Source: Saccostrea echinata (lineage: Eukaryota). Taken from it: a stretch of 64,000 nt of DNA. The stretch spans positions 4,650,001 to 4,714,000 of the forward strand of contig NW_026889769.1 of NCBI RefSeq assembly GCF_033153115.1, in the 5' to 3' direction. The stretch's first letter is position 1, and every line of letters begins with the position of its first letter. Below the pieces are notes generated by a model that saw only the letters and a program-made list of their open reading frames with translations, was not told where the DNA came from and made no database searches. The translations under genes and the position numbers were made by a program. Below, one piece after another: positions 33,513 through 46,507 of the stretch.

Positions 33513-36289
33513 TTGATCAGTGTCAATAACTTGTATTGAAATTGAATTAAAAATTACCTCTTGAGGGTTTCTACTGCAAGTACATGTATATGTAGTTCAT
33601 TTGTAAAAATCTAAATTTTAATCCAGCCACTACCAGCAATTTTGTTCGGCATGCTCTTGCTTAAAATCCACATTTCTACAAAAACATTTCTTTGATCAGA
33701 TAAATATGTACTTCCTGCTTCTGACATGATATATTCTGAGAAAATCTCTTTTCCACAGACAGCCATCATTCATTTGATGTGAGAATTTCTTGCTGAACAT
33801 GTGTCCACCTGGTGAAAGTCCAAATTTTTTGTTGACCTATAATTTAAAGAAAAGTAATATATTTTACATAGCAGCACAGATGCTGCATTACATGATAGTT
33901 AGATAAAGTTGTGTCCATATTTCTTATACATGTACATGTACCTCAATAGTCCATCTGCCAGCACTCCTTGCTCAATCATCCTGCATTCTGACCTCCAGTC
34001 TTTTTTCTAGTCTAGGGTAAAGTAGGATTGTTTTTCTCAGTTGTCTATGATGTAAAAAAGCCAGGCCTTTAATTTATCTTGGGGAGTGGGAGAAAGTCAC
34101 ATGTTTTGATGCTATTGATTTTGACAAAATTTTATTATTAAAGAAATGAATCTTCTATTTTTTTCTTTGATCAAGGTATATATCAAAGAAAACTTGGTCG
34201 GAAAACTTCATCAATGTGCGTAGCGCATATACATACAAAACCATTTGTGGTCTCTTAATTTTTTTATCAGTCAAAAAAAAAAAAAAAATCAACAAATGCG
34301 TGTCGGGAAAATGTTATAAAAATGTAATTTCTGATTATCTGTTTTAAACACCTCAATGTATATTAAAAAAAACCGTTATAGTTTAATGTTGTCATTTTAT
34401 TTTATTTTTTAATGTCATTGTTTAAATGCAATTCGGCATCCTCCTCCGTCCCCTTCCCGAAATTTTGAATTTAAAAGCATTAGAGCATGCAATGATCTGA
34501 AAGTATGTTACTTCATGATTGAGAATATATAGAAGCTTGATACTGGTATCAAATAAAGAAAAATACTAATTGTGATATATTGCGAGTTTTATATGAATAT
34601 CTGTAGGCAAAGGAGGCGAAAAAAAGTTTGATAAATCATGATATATATTATCCAAGCTAAAAACTGACACAGAAATTGATCAAATAAAATTCAGACAGTA
34701 ATGGGATAATGAAAACCTCCTACATTACTGAAGGGGTGATGGCTGACCCGTGAATCACAAAGTGGCCTGGATGATTTAAAAAAAAAAAATAAAGGTGATA
34801 GATTGTTAGCTTGCAATTTATGCAGAGTTATTGCCTCTCTACGAATTCCGTTTTGTCTATGCATGTGTATCTACTTATATATATAAAGTCATACAAATGC
34901 ATACATGCCCGATTATTTTTAGTTACTGCAATTTTTTATTTAAAGAATATACATATTCATTTTTTTTTAATTTTGTGAAATTGTAATTTAACTTCATTAT
35001 TTTTGAAAATTTTAAATAGGCAACATATTTTTCGTTTAAATGATTCATTCAAAAAAATGAATGCTTTGTGCAAATGAGCTATTATACCTATCAATGAAAA
35101 ACCTCTATCTAATACATGTGAAAAAATAATTGCATAAAAAAACATAAGGTTAATTAAACAGCTGTTTATTCTAAAATGCTAAAGTTACATGATTGTAAAG
35201 AATTTCATTTATAATACCTAAACTAAAGTGAAATGAAATATGTCTGCGAAAGTCAAAATTCACCCAGATATGACTTACATAATCCGATTCGGATCTCTCT
35301 GTTGTGCACATCATATGTTGATATTTTAAATTAAAAGGTGGTCGGCCATCCTGGCTTATAGATTATAACTCATCGTTTAGATCTAGCGACACATAATCGA
35401 TGATCTTGCTTTAAAAATAGATCCATGAGCATTTTTAATACTGGAACATCACCAAAGGTAAGACAAAGCTTTCTTCCTTAGTATTCATGATTTATCAATG
35501 ATAATTTCAAATCGTCATTGATCGGCATTTTCCAGTTTTTTGTCCTATTGCTGCTGGTGTTTTCCACGTTTATACTCTCCAAGATTCTGAACATAATGAT
35601 CCGACGTAAATATGAATACCAGTTTATATTTCCACTGTTTTCCTTGAGAGAACCTGCATCTGCAACATAATACGTTGGTTACAGAGAGTTAGGAAGTTCG
35701 CCAGAAATGGCATTGTTTACCATTAACTGTAGCCGCTTATCGCCAAAGCAAGCAGACAAATATCATTATTTGTCATTTCTCTGAACCAGACTCCTTTTAA
35801 GTATTCTCCTGTGTCTGTAATCAAAACCTGATTAAAATAAATTATGCCCAGCTGCACACTACACTGAATTATTATGCAGACATATGCAAACTTTAGGAAG
35901 TCCTAAACAGTTTCAAAGGTAATGCACGCCCTTCCTCCTTTATTTCTTCTATGTAAGAAACAATTGTTAAACATAATTTTGTTGATGGAAAAAATATCAT
36001 TTTTCAACAAGTTAAGCATTTATATGCACTATACAACGGTACTTAAGATTTCTTCGTTTACCTGACTTTGAGTTACCGTATCTAAACTGGATTCCAAAAC
36101 TTCATATATACACTGCAGGGTCAAGTAAATGCTCTACCGCCGGGTCCTTTTTTTTTTTTTATCGCAACAATTATTAACTGCTGTGAAGAGAGAAACTGTA
36201 CTGTGCGACAATATATTCAAGAAGAGGTGTAAATGAAGTTTGGATTCTTTAAAACTCCAAACAACTTTTGGAAAATATGATATCATTTT

Positions 36290-37990
36290 TTAATCACTTA
36301 CATCACGATCACGACGCATGACTTTTCAAAACTTGATACAAAATCTTCCTGATAAATTAAAGACCATACCTTGTGACATCACTGACAACAACTTCTTTAT
36401 GAAAAAAAAGAACTCGGAAATTTTTTACATCTGGTGACTGGTCATCTACAAAATGACTTCGTTTGAAATCTTCCTGTTTCTACATACAAGTACCTTGAAG
36501 ATGTTACTAGAAATATGCTGCAGTTCCTCATTGACAATATCTATGCAGTATATATGCAGGAATCCCTATGAGTATGAGCACTAATTGAGTTCCTTTATTA
36601 GCCAGCCTGTTTTTGTATTCTTTTGAAACAAAATCTTTTCAAAAACTTCTACACGTAAATTAGAAGCTGTCACATGACTTTTGCTGTGGCCTTCAGTTCA
36701 ACATGTAGATACATGTATATCGACTACGCATTATCATTAAACATACTTTCATTTCGAGATAAAATACATCACGGAGTCTGCTACATCTGTATCATTTTTG
36801 GATGTTTTATTAAACATAGATATTAATGGCAGACTAAAAATTAAACGGTATAACAAACGTGATGATTTTATGGTATTTTCCCCTATTAATATATTCCATT
36901 ATCGAATGCATATTGTGTTTATTACTCACAAGCGCAAAACTGAAAGAGATGGTTTTGAGTACGATAAATTTTTCAACAGAAGGAAGCTATTAACAGATAA
37001 GTTGATGTTACATGGCTTGCTATAATTTTGTTTAAAATCAGCATTATCGTTATAATGACCTTGTTTGCAAATGCATGTGCAACCTATTTTTGGGTCGTTT
37101 TTGACTGACATATTTCCAACCAATTGCTGGTCCAATGTATTTTTATGCCATTTTGACTTCGAATTACTAGTATTCCACTTCAGGGTTGGCCGGGAAATAC
37201 TAGTGGTGCTAATTTACCTGTTGTAAATACCCATATTTCTCGTCCCAGTAAATACTACATATTTTCTCGTTTAAAGTCATCATTTCGTAAGTTCTGTGGT
37301 CGATACATTGGCCTTGTCAGCAAATACAATCTATCATTAAGTCAAATGCTGACTGACTTTTTTCATACTTTTTGTTAGGCCATTATTTACACACTGAATT
37401 GTCGACGGATTTTTCCGTTATTTCCCGATCATGACAAGGAGCAAACGGCGGGTGTGACCGGTCGGCAGGGGATGCTCACTCCTCCATGGCACCTGATCCC
37501 ACCTCTGAAGTTTTAGAGGTCCGTGTTTGCTCTGCTTTTATTTTGTAATGTTTAACGGACTTTTGAGCTCGTTATCTCCACATATTTCACTCTAAACTGG
37601 GACTTCGAATTACTAGCATTGCATTCAATTTACCTGATCAATACAGAGGGCTCACGACAGGTCGACATAGGATGCTTAATCCTCCTAGGCACCTGATCCC
37701 ACCTCAGACCCCAGGTTCATGAAACAGTCTTAGGTCAAGTATTGTAAATTGTCTAATTTTTTTAGTATCGAAATCACATAAAATTTTAAATGTTAAAGTT
37801 TGTTTCCCTTTCATGCTGTCAAATTTATTTTTCAAGAATCAGTTTCTAATAATTATTTCATGAATGATCTGAAATTTTGACTTAAAGTCTAAGATTCCTT
37901 CATGATCCTGGGGCCTGATGTTCCCAGGGGTCCGTGTTTTTGCCCTATTCTAGTTTGAATGATTTACAGGATTAAGGAGACTGATCACAG
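36290..37990 (+). mobile_element. Degraded Penelope-like element: RT remnant plus two tandem 3' ends
   Basis: DFSKL (FDFSTLY-like), FLIDNIY..GIPM..TN..PLLAxLFLYSFE, RY..IDxxLS, SFLDVLL..KRDDF; terminal motif at about 37445-37510 and about 37645-37704. Confidence 0.7.
37705..37917. mobile_element. Harbinger-like MITE inserted in a Penelope 3' end
   Basis: TIR CAGACCCCAGGTTCATGAAACAGTCTTAG / CTAAGATTCCTTCATGATCCTGGGGCCTG with CWG ends; it splits CCCACCT|..|ATGTTCCCAGGGGTCCGTG. Confidence 0.75.
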
Positions 37991-38915
37991 TTCATTAGCT
38001 TGACCTATTTTCGTTTTTGTAGGTTAAAGGGTTAAAGAAGCAGTTTATGATGCTACATGTATGACAAAACATTGTTCTTTACATGAAGTGTATGAAAGAA
38101 AAGGTATAGAAATGATCCATTCCTGTGTATAAACGAACTGAAGACGCATTAATTTTTACATAAACATTTTAATACAGCTAGAATACATCTCACAAATAGA
38201 AACATAAATCAAGCCTGCACTTGAATCTAAAAAAATATTGCATCATGTAGACAATTATGATTAAGGAAAGATAAATTATAAAAATTAAATCAAGAATTTT
38301 CAATCTATACGCATATTGGACAGAGTTCCTGGACCAAACAAATAATAACTGTACTATTTTTTCATCTTCGTAATACAGGGCGCAGTCCTGTGGCGTGGCA
38401 TTTTCGGTCTTGGAAAAAGGATCTCTGATGACAACACGTTGGTCGTTACGTTTTGAATTACATTCATAATGTCAGGTAAGTGAGGCGTCTTCAAATTAAC
38501 ATTCAGACGGGGCACTTAAAAGGGACTAATACTAACTAAATAATTAAGAAGACAATTGATTTATATTTATTCTGTTTTAAGTTAAAAATAATATTATTTT
38601 CAATGTAAATTGATCATTTTGGAAGGCATGCCATCATGTAAAAATGTATTACATATCGGAATAGATTTGAGCTGATTTTTTTTTAATCCTTCACACAAAA
38701 ATGAACCTCTGTCTTTGGTTGCATCTGAATTTTGATTGGTACGAAGTCCTAGAGAAAGTATGTATGTCATTCATAAGATCTCACAAGTACTAGAAAGGCT
38801 GTGAAACTTCTGAGTGACGCGCAATTGATCATGCGTGCGCTCATTTGAATTTCAAAAAAATTAGATTTTTTGTGGACAATTCATCACTGTGGGGCGAGTG
38901 TGTGGACAAATCTTT

Positions 38916-39011
38916 TATAAAGATTACGACTGAGAACATTCATTTAGAAATTAAAACAAACGTGTCATAGCAACATTTACTGAGCTTCAACTTTTAGGAC
39001 TTCACATAACA
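38916..39011 (+). promoter_or_regulatory. Candidate TATA/Inr promoter and non-coding exon 1 of the EGF-ZP gene
   Basis: TATAAAG at 38916, TCATTT at about 38940, donor GTAAGT at 39012, TGTGGACAA twice upstream; the ATG exon is preceded by a strong acceptor (poly-T..CTAG at 40771). Confidence 0.4.
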
Positions 39012-40785
39012 GTAAGTGATAATATCATTTATAATGTTTATACATGTACAACAACTTATGAAATGTTATATGATACGATTGAAGATTTTACTACATTAAT
39101 GAATGTGCCATACTCTTAAGATTATTTTTATTTATTTAATGAGTCACATCTATTTTATTTATTACAATATTTAACAATTTAAAAAAAGGTAATATCCTTG
39201 TCATTTTCAAGACAAATGAAGAAAACTATTTAATGCCATAAAGTGAACTATTGCCTTATACTTTATCTGTATTTATTCACAAATGACACTAAAACTACTC
39301 TAAGAACCAGTAAATCTATCCTTCCTTTCATTTTTATTTCGTGGATAAGTTATGTTAAATTGTTAAATTCGTGATAACTGATTAAATGAAATTTCTTCCT
39401 GCAGAAAATTTTCAATCTGAGAAAACATCTCTTAAATATTAAGTAATACATGTATAAGATGTACTTAATAAAAGATAAAATACTTCCTATATGGATTTTT
39501 GTTCATTATCTGTCAGTAATCTTTTAGTAAATTAAGTTTTTGAAGTGATCCATTTGTAAGATTGGTTTGCATCAAAAGAAGAATGAGGGGCTGAAAAAAG
39601 TTCATTTTCAAAAAGAGATTCAAACCAGACAACGTGGGATATATATACTAGGATGTAACTTCGCCTGTTCTTCTTTGCTAATTCATTTGTGCTATTATTT
39701 TCATTCCAAAACTCGTTATTTCTTTTTCTGTCATTTCAAATAGCTCTGATTTTATTTTACATTAATAACTTTTAACTCAAACAGCAGGTACATTGGAACA
39801 ATTTTATTTTACAACGTCATTCATTTTAAAATTATGCATAAATGTGGGAGTGATGACACTTACAATTCTGTTACACCTAGCTATATAGTGTAACTGTTAG
39901 AAGGACAAGGGCGTGGTTTTCTTCAACTTTATTGGCCTTACCTCACCATTATTAATACTTGTGTATATCTATTGATTTCCTAGAATAATTATGTTATTAT
40001 CTGTGTTTAACTTTAAGGGGTCAAAACTTATCAAGGTAAATGTACACTTTATATAGTAAATGTCTACTGGCTTACATTCATTAATGTATTTTGAACCAAT
40101 TTAGAGATATGTTTGTATGGAACGAGAATTGTAATCAATTTGTTAAGTTCTTTTATTATAACTATACACAAAAAAATTAAAACATTTTCCGTAAATGATG
40201 TATCATGCACCAATTGCATCGTAAACTTTTTGATATTTACGCATGTTAATTTGATATTACCGATTTTTTTTTTTACACTATATCTACGTATATATAATAA
40301 TATGTGTATGCAACTTTTTTGAGAATAAAAAGAAAGGAATAATTGAACTGCATTAAACATGATTAAATAACATATTTAGTTTTCACTAGTGATTTGTATA
40401 TGAAGTGTTTAACAAAACAACAATATGTAAATTTTATGGAAGGAACCTTACACTGTGTACTTTTACTGACTGTTTTGCACAGACTAATGACAAAGATAAT
40501 GAGCGAAGGAATGACATTAGGGAAGCATTCCAACACATCAGAAAATGCTGAAACTGTTAGGGAACACCTACATTAGGAATGCCAATATTAATTAATTTTA
40601 AACTCATTATTTTTTGACTTTCAAAAGTTATGTAAAGGTTACACAACTTATGAATATGAAACCACATGCGCGTTTTTTTTTTTTTTTTGCAGATATACAT
40701 ATAGGTTATTACATTGCAAAACAAAGGTCTGAGAAAAATTCGTAGACATTTTACTTTTTTTTTCTTTCTAGAAAAAAAAAAAACG

Positions 40786-43700
40786 ATGAATCTTAAAGAA
40801 ATTCTTTTTGTTGGATTCATCCTTTTTGTAAATATTGGTGAGTATCATTTTGATATAACTTTCTAAACAGCTTGCCTTTTTTTGATCAACAAGCCTACAA
40901 CGAAATTTGGTATATCCACTAGAATCAATTTGATTGGATTACTTAATCCAAGAGAATGACCAATGACGGTTGAATGACCTCGTTGATTGTAAAAATCTTT
41001 CTCTTAATTGCGATATTGTATAGTATAAGAAATGAAGTTTGGACAGAAGAGTTTATAAGAAGGTTGAAGATTTCAGAGTTCAAAGAATCATAAAGAACCA
41101 CGTGACCCTTAAAGGATTCTATGATCCGGTTGACACATGCAGAAACTCCAGATTTCAATAAGCCGGGAATCAATTCTGAAAATCATAACATTACGTTTGG
41201 AACGTGCCCAAATTTCGTTGTTCGATTGTTGACCACAAAAGTCACGCTGTTTTTGAAATGATATGTGTATTGTTAGCAATATCCTGATTTGCTGCTGTTA
41301 TTCTCTGACAGGAAAAACTAAATCAATCTAATCTACAACAGAAAACAAATACAAATGTAAATATATTCCTCTTAACTGTCCTACAATTATTCTTACAATT
41401 AACATGGTAAACATACTTTTTGTGTGTTTCGTGTGTTTAGTCATCCTAAATCGAGAACAATTTTCAGAACACCCAAAAACAGTCATTTCGGGATAACTTG
41501 AATGTTTAAAGATTCTATCATGATATATATACATGTATATATAAAAGCTTTCAATATGATACTCAAAAGATATGTTATAGAAACTTGTCGAACTATTTGT
41601 GCAGGAAAAATAATCCCCCCCCCCAAAAAAAAATCCCCCAAAATCAGCCTTATTTTTTCATTCTCCCCAAATTTTTTCTTTTATATCTAAATTGAAATTC
41701 AATACAAAAACATGAAAAAAAAGTAGAAATTTACCCAAAAGAAATTCAAATATATTCTAATTCAATTTTGTAACAAATTAATTTAAACCTAAAACAAAAA
41801 AGAAAGGAGTATGATCAAATCCCCACTTTCTCCGAATTTTGGGTATCCTACGATCTTAACATATAAACGACTCTTTCGTGTTATGATGGTTATTACTAAG
41901 GGTAAAATAGGTTAGAAATATATGCATTTAAATTTAAACTATTCTAAATAATGAATTATCTTGTATCAGGTTTCAGTGTCTTGAGATAAGGTACAAATAA
42001 CATATATTACTGTTCTTTTGTCAGTATTCGCAAAGTGGCATTGTCGAAATAGGCTAACTGGGGGATGCTTAAATGGGGGAACGTGTGACAGCGACTCTGG
42101 AGTTTGTACCTGTCCACCAGGATTTGAGGGGTACAATTGTGGGCTTGAGACCGGTAAGTAGGGAATAAGTAAATTTAAAAGAACCTATCTAAACAGCCAC
42201 AACAAATATAAAACCAATATATGTTCTGAATGCACGAGACATTGTAAGCATCTACTATACAAAACATGCACTGATTTGTTAAGTATTTTGAGAAATGCGA
42301 ATGTTATTGTAATTTGTAGCCCTTATCTGCCCCGATGACAACGCAGCTGATTGCAGGAATGGTGGTACCTGTTATAATACTGACCAGTGTTTCTGTACTG
42401 CCGACTATATTGGAGCCCAGTGTGAAACTCCTATCTGTAAGTCTTCTTAAAGACCAATAAAATATAAAAAATTGTTACAACAATTTATTCTTATGTCGGT
42501 TGATGGAATTTCTGAACATGAAATACAACAAATATTGAATTCGTTTGGGCAAATACATTTACCAATAAATAAAATTATTTATATATGAGATTACAGAAGA
42601 GAAATATGTGATCATTAATTTAGATATTCAATGTACAACTTTTCTGCAGCTTCCATGGAATGCCGTGGAGAGGGGACTGATATCACAGTGATTGTACCAA
42701 ACGGTTTTAGGGGAGAGATCTACTCTCAGAGGGACGGATCCAACGATGATGTGGTACCAGAGGAGTGTAAATTCACTGCAACAGCAGCAAGACCTGACAA
42801 TTATATACCATATACATTCACTATTCCGTTTGACAGAACCAGTCCATGCATAAACGCAACACTGAATGAAACCGTAAATGAGGTGGGTATGCTTTAAAAA
42901 ATCTATCGAAACAAACAGTATTTACGATTTACTCTTGAAATAATGGTTTGAAAGATTAAAAAAAAACACAACCGTGTCACTTTTGACCTTGAGTATGATA
43001 CTTTATATTTGTCAAGGTTAAGTTGAACATTGTCTTAGCAATATACCTATTTTTTGGTTTCAGAATGGAGACTCTGTATTTTCGTCCGTTATTGTGAAGA
43101 CCTATAGTACAATGTTTATAACAGACTATGATGAACAATTAACATTTGTCTGTATCCACTCTACCAGTAATTACACACTGGGTACTCGACTTGACCAGGT
43201 CGATCTTGATAAATCGTGAGTAACAAGGCAACTTCTAATCTTCATGATAGAACTTCAATCAAAATATCAGTCACTGTATACTGAAAACTTTTAAGTACTT
43301 AAAATGGCACAGGAATACGGCTATACAGGCGTCTGTCAATTGTAAAGTTGAATCAAAGGCTTCTGCCTGTAATCCGACATAAAATAGACTTGACTGATTA
43401 TATATCACTATGGAAACACCGTTTGCGAGTAATTATAATTATTATTTTGTTTACGTCACAGACAGTAATTGCTTTGCACGAATAAACATCTGAGACGGTA
43501 TAGTCTTCAACCACTCTAATCGTTTTTGCGCGGGAAAAGAAATTGATTCAGAGACTTACTTCAGGTTTATTTTATTAATTTCAAAGGAGAAATCTGCAGA
43601 CGGATAAGAAGGACGGTGATTATTCCCCTGTCAGAATGAATGTTCTCAATGAAGATGACACCAATCTTACCGGTCAAGTCAATGTCGGTGACGTCATCAA

Positions 43701-46507
43701 ACTTAGGTTCTATCTGGATGACGAAACAGGTGAGACCAACATACATGAATAAAGCCAAACACAAACCCATGCCCTCTGCATGCTCTGTATTTACACGCTT
43801 AAAGGGTACCATGGGCAGAATGAAATAAACTAGCATAGAAAAAATAGTTCGAGGACTTATCATTTTCTGGCAGATCAAACTTTAAATTTTCTACCTATTA
43901 TAAATGTGACTGGGGTCTTGTTGAACACAAGTGTTCACTGAATTCAAAGTTACTGGGTTCCTTTTGATTTAAGTTTTAATTTGCACTGGGTCTGGGAATG
44001 CACAATGGCAGAATTCCTTCAAAAAACGAACACCAATGTGTATGTTTTACTCAACTATAGGCAAGTACGCAGGATCTCAATATCCTTACATCCAAAGCAT
44101 CAGTTTAAAGCATACCATGTATATTTCCTACGTTGGTACGTACATCTAATGTAAATACATAAAGTTGAATTAAATCACTAATGAAAATTTGTATCGATAT
44201 GAAATCAAAAAGTCGCTTAAAAACGACTTTAAAAATAAAACAAACTGAATAAAATAATTTAGTTACTGGTTACGAAAGAATTAACAAAAATAGTGCAGCA
44301 GTGATGCATAAACTAAAGTAGATGTATGCTTTATGATGTGTATTTAATTTAGAGTTAAGTTGTATATTGTGTTTGATTTTTCGCCCACATGCCTCCTTTT
44401 TCAGAAACAAATCCACAACAACCACGTACAGTAGTTCACTATTGCACTATCGAGCACTGAATTTGGAATCGATGGTGATGACGATGACGCAACGGTGCAG
44501 TAGTGCCATGATGATTTTGTGATAATGCCAGAATGATGATAAAATGACGCGATGGCAGTGGTGTAATAGCATGATGGAGCAATAGCAAACATCGCTTCAT
44601 CGTCATATTATCATCCTTTCTACATCATTGTGTTATCTCATTGCGTCACAGTGCTATTGCTCCATTGCGTCATTGTGCCATATTGTCATCGCACCATCGT
44701 GCCATTGAACCATCAACCCAAATCTCGATGGTGCAATAGTGACTGTGTGATCCTATTTGGATTTCATAGGTATTTCTTATGGCTATATGAACATGTATAT
44801 TAAAACTTTGGATATGGATGATACTTGACATAAATATAATGCGACGAAATATCATCTGGAATTCATTTATCATATAGATATGGTCTGACAATGATATAGA
44901 AAAGGTAGTCTGAAAACTTTTTTTTCTTTCATTTTCAGTGTATAAAAATTTGAGAATGGAGGACTGCACTGCAAATGATACCAGATTAGAAAACGGAAAT
45001 AGTTTTCAATTCTTGGAGAGGGGGTATGTATTCAAAGTTCTTACTCTGAGGATAAATATAATTACATGTAAAAATACACTCCAAGGATCTCATATTCTTT
45101 TTATGTTTGGGCTATGAATTTGTGCCAGATTTGAAGGAGTTTCAACCTAAATCTTAGATAGCTACATATCTACATATTTTCTTCCTGGACAGATGTCCTA
45201 CTGAAGCCGGAGCCGCTATAATGGTAAATACTGATGGACAAACTCTTACTAGAATTACCCATCCCGTCAGAGGAGAAGGAGAAGTTGCTGCTGCAATCTT
45301 GCCTATCTACGCTTTCAAATTCAAAAGTACAGGAAACGTAGCTTTCAACTGTCAATTAAAAATCTGCCGAGATGGCGAGGATTGTAATCCGGTATGTGTT
45401 CACTTGTCTGTTATCGTCTGTGTCTGCCTTTTGACATCCTCTTTCAGAGTTCATAAAATATCATATCTGAATACATTTTCTTATAACATTTAAAGCACGT
45501 TCATATTTTCAAACACTTGTATACGACAATGTTACTTGTCATCCTCTTATCACATTCCCTTTTTTAACAATAAATGTCTTTTTAACAGAATTGTGGGGCA
45601 CCTGCAGCGGACGACGCTGCCCCTGCAGCAACAGATGTTGCGCCAGTGGCACCAACAAATGGTCCAGCTGATGCAGTTCCCACTGATGTGGCTCCTACTG
45701 ATGTCCCTGGTGTCGCCCCAGCTGATGGCGGAGCTCCCGTCGATGTAGCTACAGATGTTCCACTTGATGCGGTTCCTACCGACCCTCCTGCCCCCGCAAG
45801 ACGAAGAAGGCGAGCAGCATCAGGGGAAGAAGGGAAAATATTTTCTGCTAAGATTTCTGTTGTTGATCCATTTGAATCTCAATGGCGTGCCAATCAAGTA
45901 ACCAGTGTACCTCCACCAACAACAGGTATATTGAATAACACTTGTTTGTATGTTTTAATGTAATTTGATAGGCACTATCTATTTTCCACTCAAACTCCAA
46001 CTGTCCTGATTGAATTATTTATGCAATCTATCGACTAAGGAAATGCCCAGTAAGTCACATGATACTTTGTCGGTCTATTGAAGGATAGACTAGTATACTT
46101 TTTACTTATTTGTGACAAAGAAATATATTTCTTATTGGGTGTGTCTTTGTTTGGAAATAAGGAGTCCAAGCCAGCAGTGGTAATTTGTATGAACTGAACA
46201 TTGACCCCAACAACTATATATGATTAGTAGGTTATATTTTAGACTTTATTTGAAATGTTTAGCAGATAATAATATCCATATTTTCTTTATTTTAGAATCA
46301 CCAGCAGAAGAAAAGACATGTTTCCGCTCTCAGGAGATCCTGATTGTCATCATAGTTATGTCTGCGTTTGTCTTTGTTTTACTAGTAGCCTGTCTTGTAA
46401 TGTCTTGTACCATTCTAAAATTAAGACACAAGTTTAATTGCCGTGAAAATGAAAGTGAGTCACATATGCCTAGATTTTTTCTTCCTCATGCCAAACTACA
46501 AGCTTAA
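40786..46507 (+). CDS. EGF-like + zona pellucida domain membrane protein (EGFZP / shell-matrix type), 552 aa; join(40786..40837,42025..42153,42320..42436,42650..42882,43064..43215,43587..43729,44939..45023,45193..45391,45589..45925,46296..46507)
   Basis: All introns are GT-AG and phase-compatible (1659 nt in total). Signal peptide MNLKEILFVGFILFVNIVFA; EGF1 CLNGGTC..CTCPPGFEGYNC; EGF2 CRNGGTC..CFCTADYIGAQC; ZP motifs (V.VGDVIKL, DCTA, GCP, AFKF..VAFNCQLKIC); RRRRR furin site; TM ILIVIIVMSAFVFVLLVACLVMSC. Confidence 0.9.
40855..41262. mobile_element. MITE in the first coding intron of the EGF-ZP gene
   Basis: About 55-60-bp imperfect TIR TTTCTAAACAGC..CAACAA..CAACGAAATTTGG / CCAAATTTCGTTG..TTGTTG..GCTGTTTTTGAAA. 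Confidence 0.65.
44403..44768. mobile_element. Degraded foldback MITE (GATGGTG-rich subrepeats) in an intron
   Basis: GTAGTTCACTATTGCAC..GTGCAATAGTGAC inverted ends; same family as 53848-54160 and about 59010-59220. Confidence 0.55.

Noticed and set aside
33555-34070. Minus-strand exon-like segments with plausible splice sites
   Set aside because: Stops in the frames examined and no recognisable motif; may be a decayed gene or TE, and needs BLASTX
35330-35830. Coding-like composition on the minus strand
   Set aside because: Multiple stops and no identifiable domain
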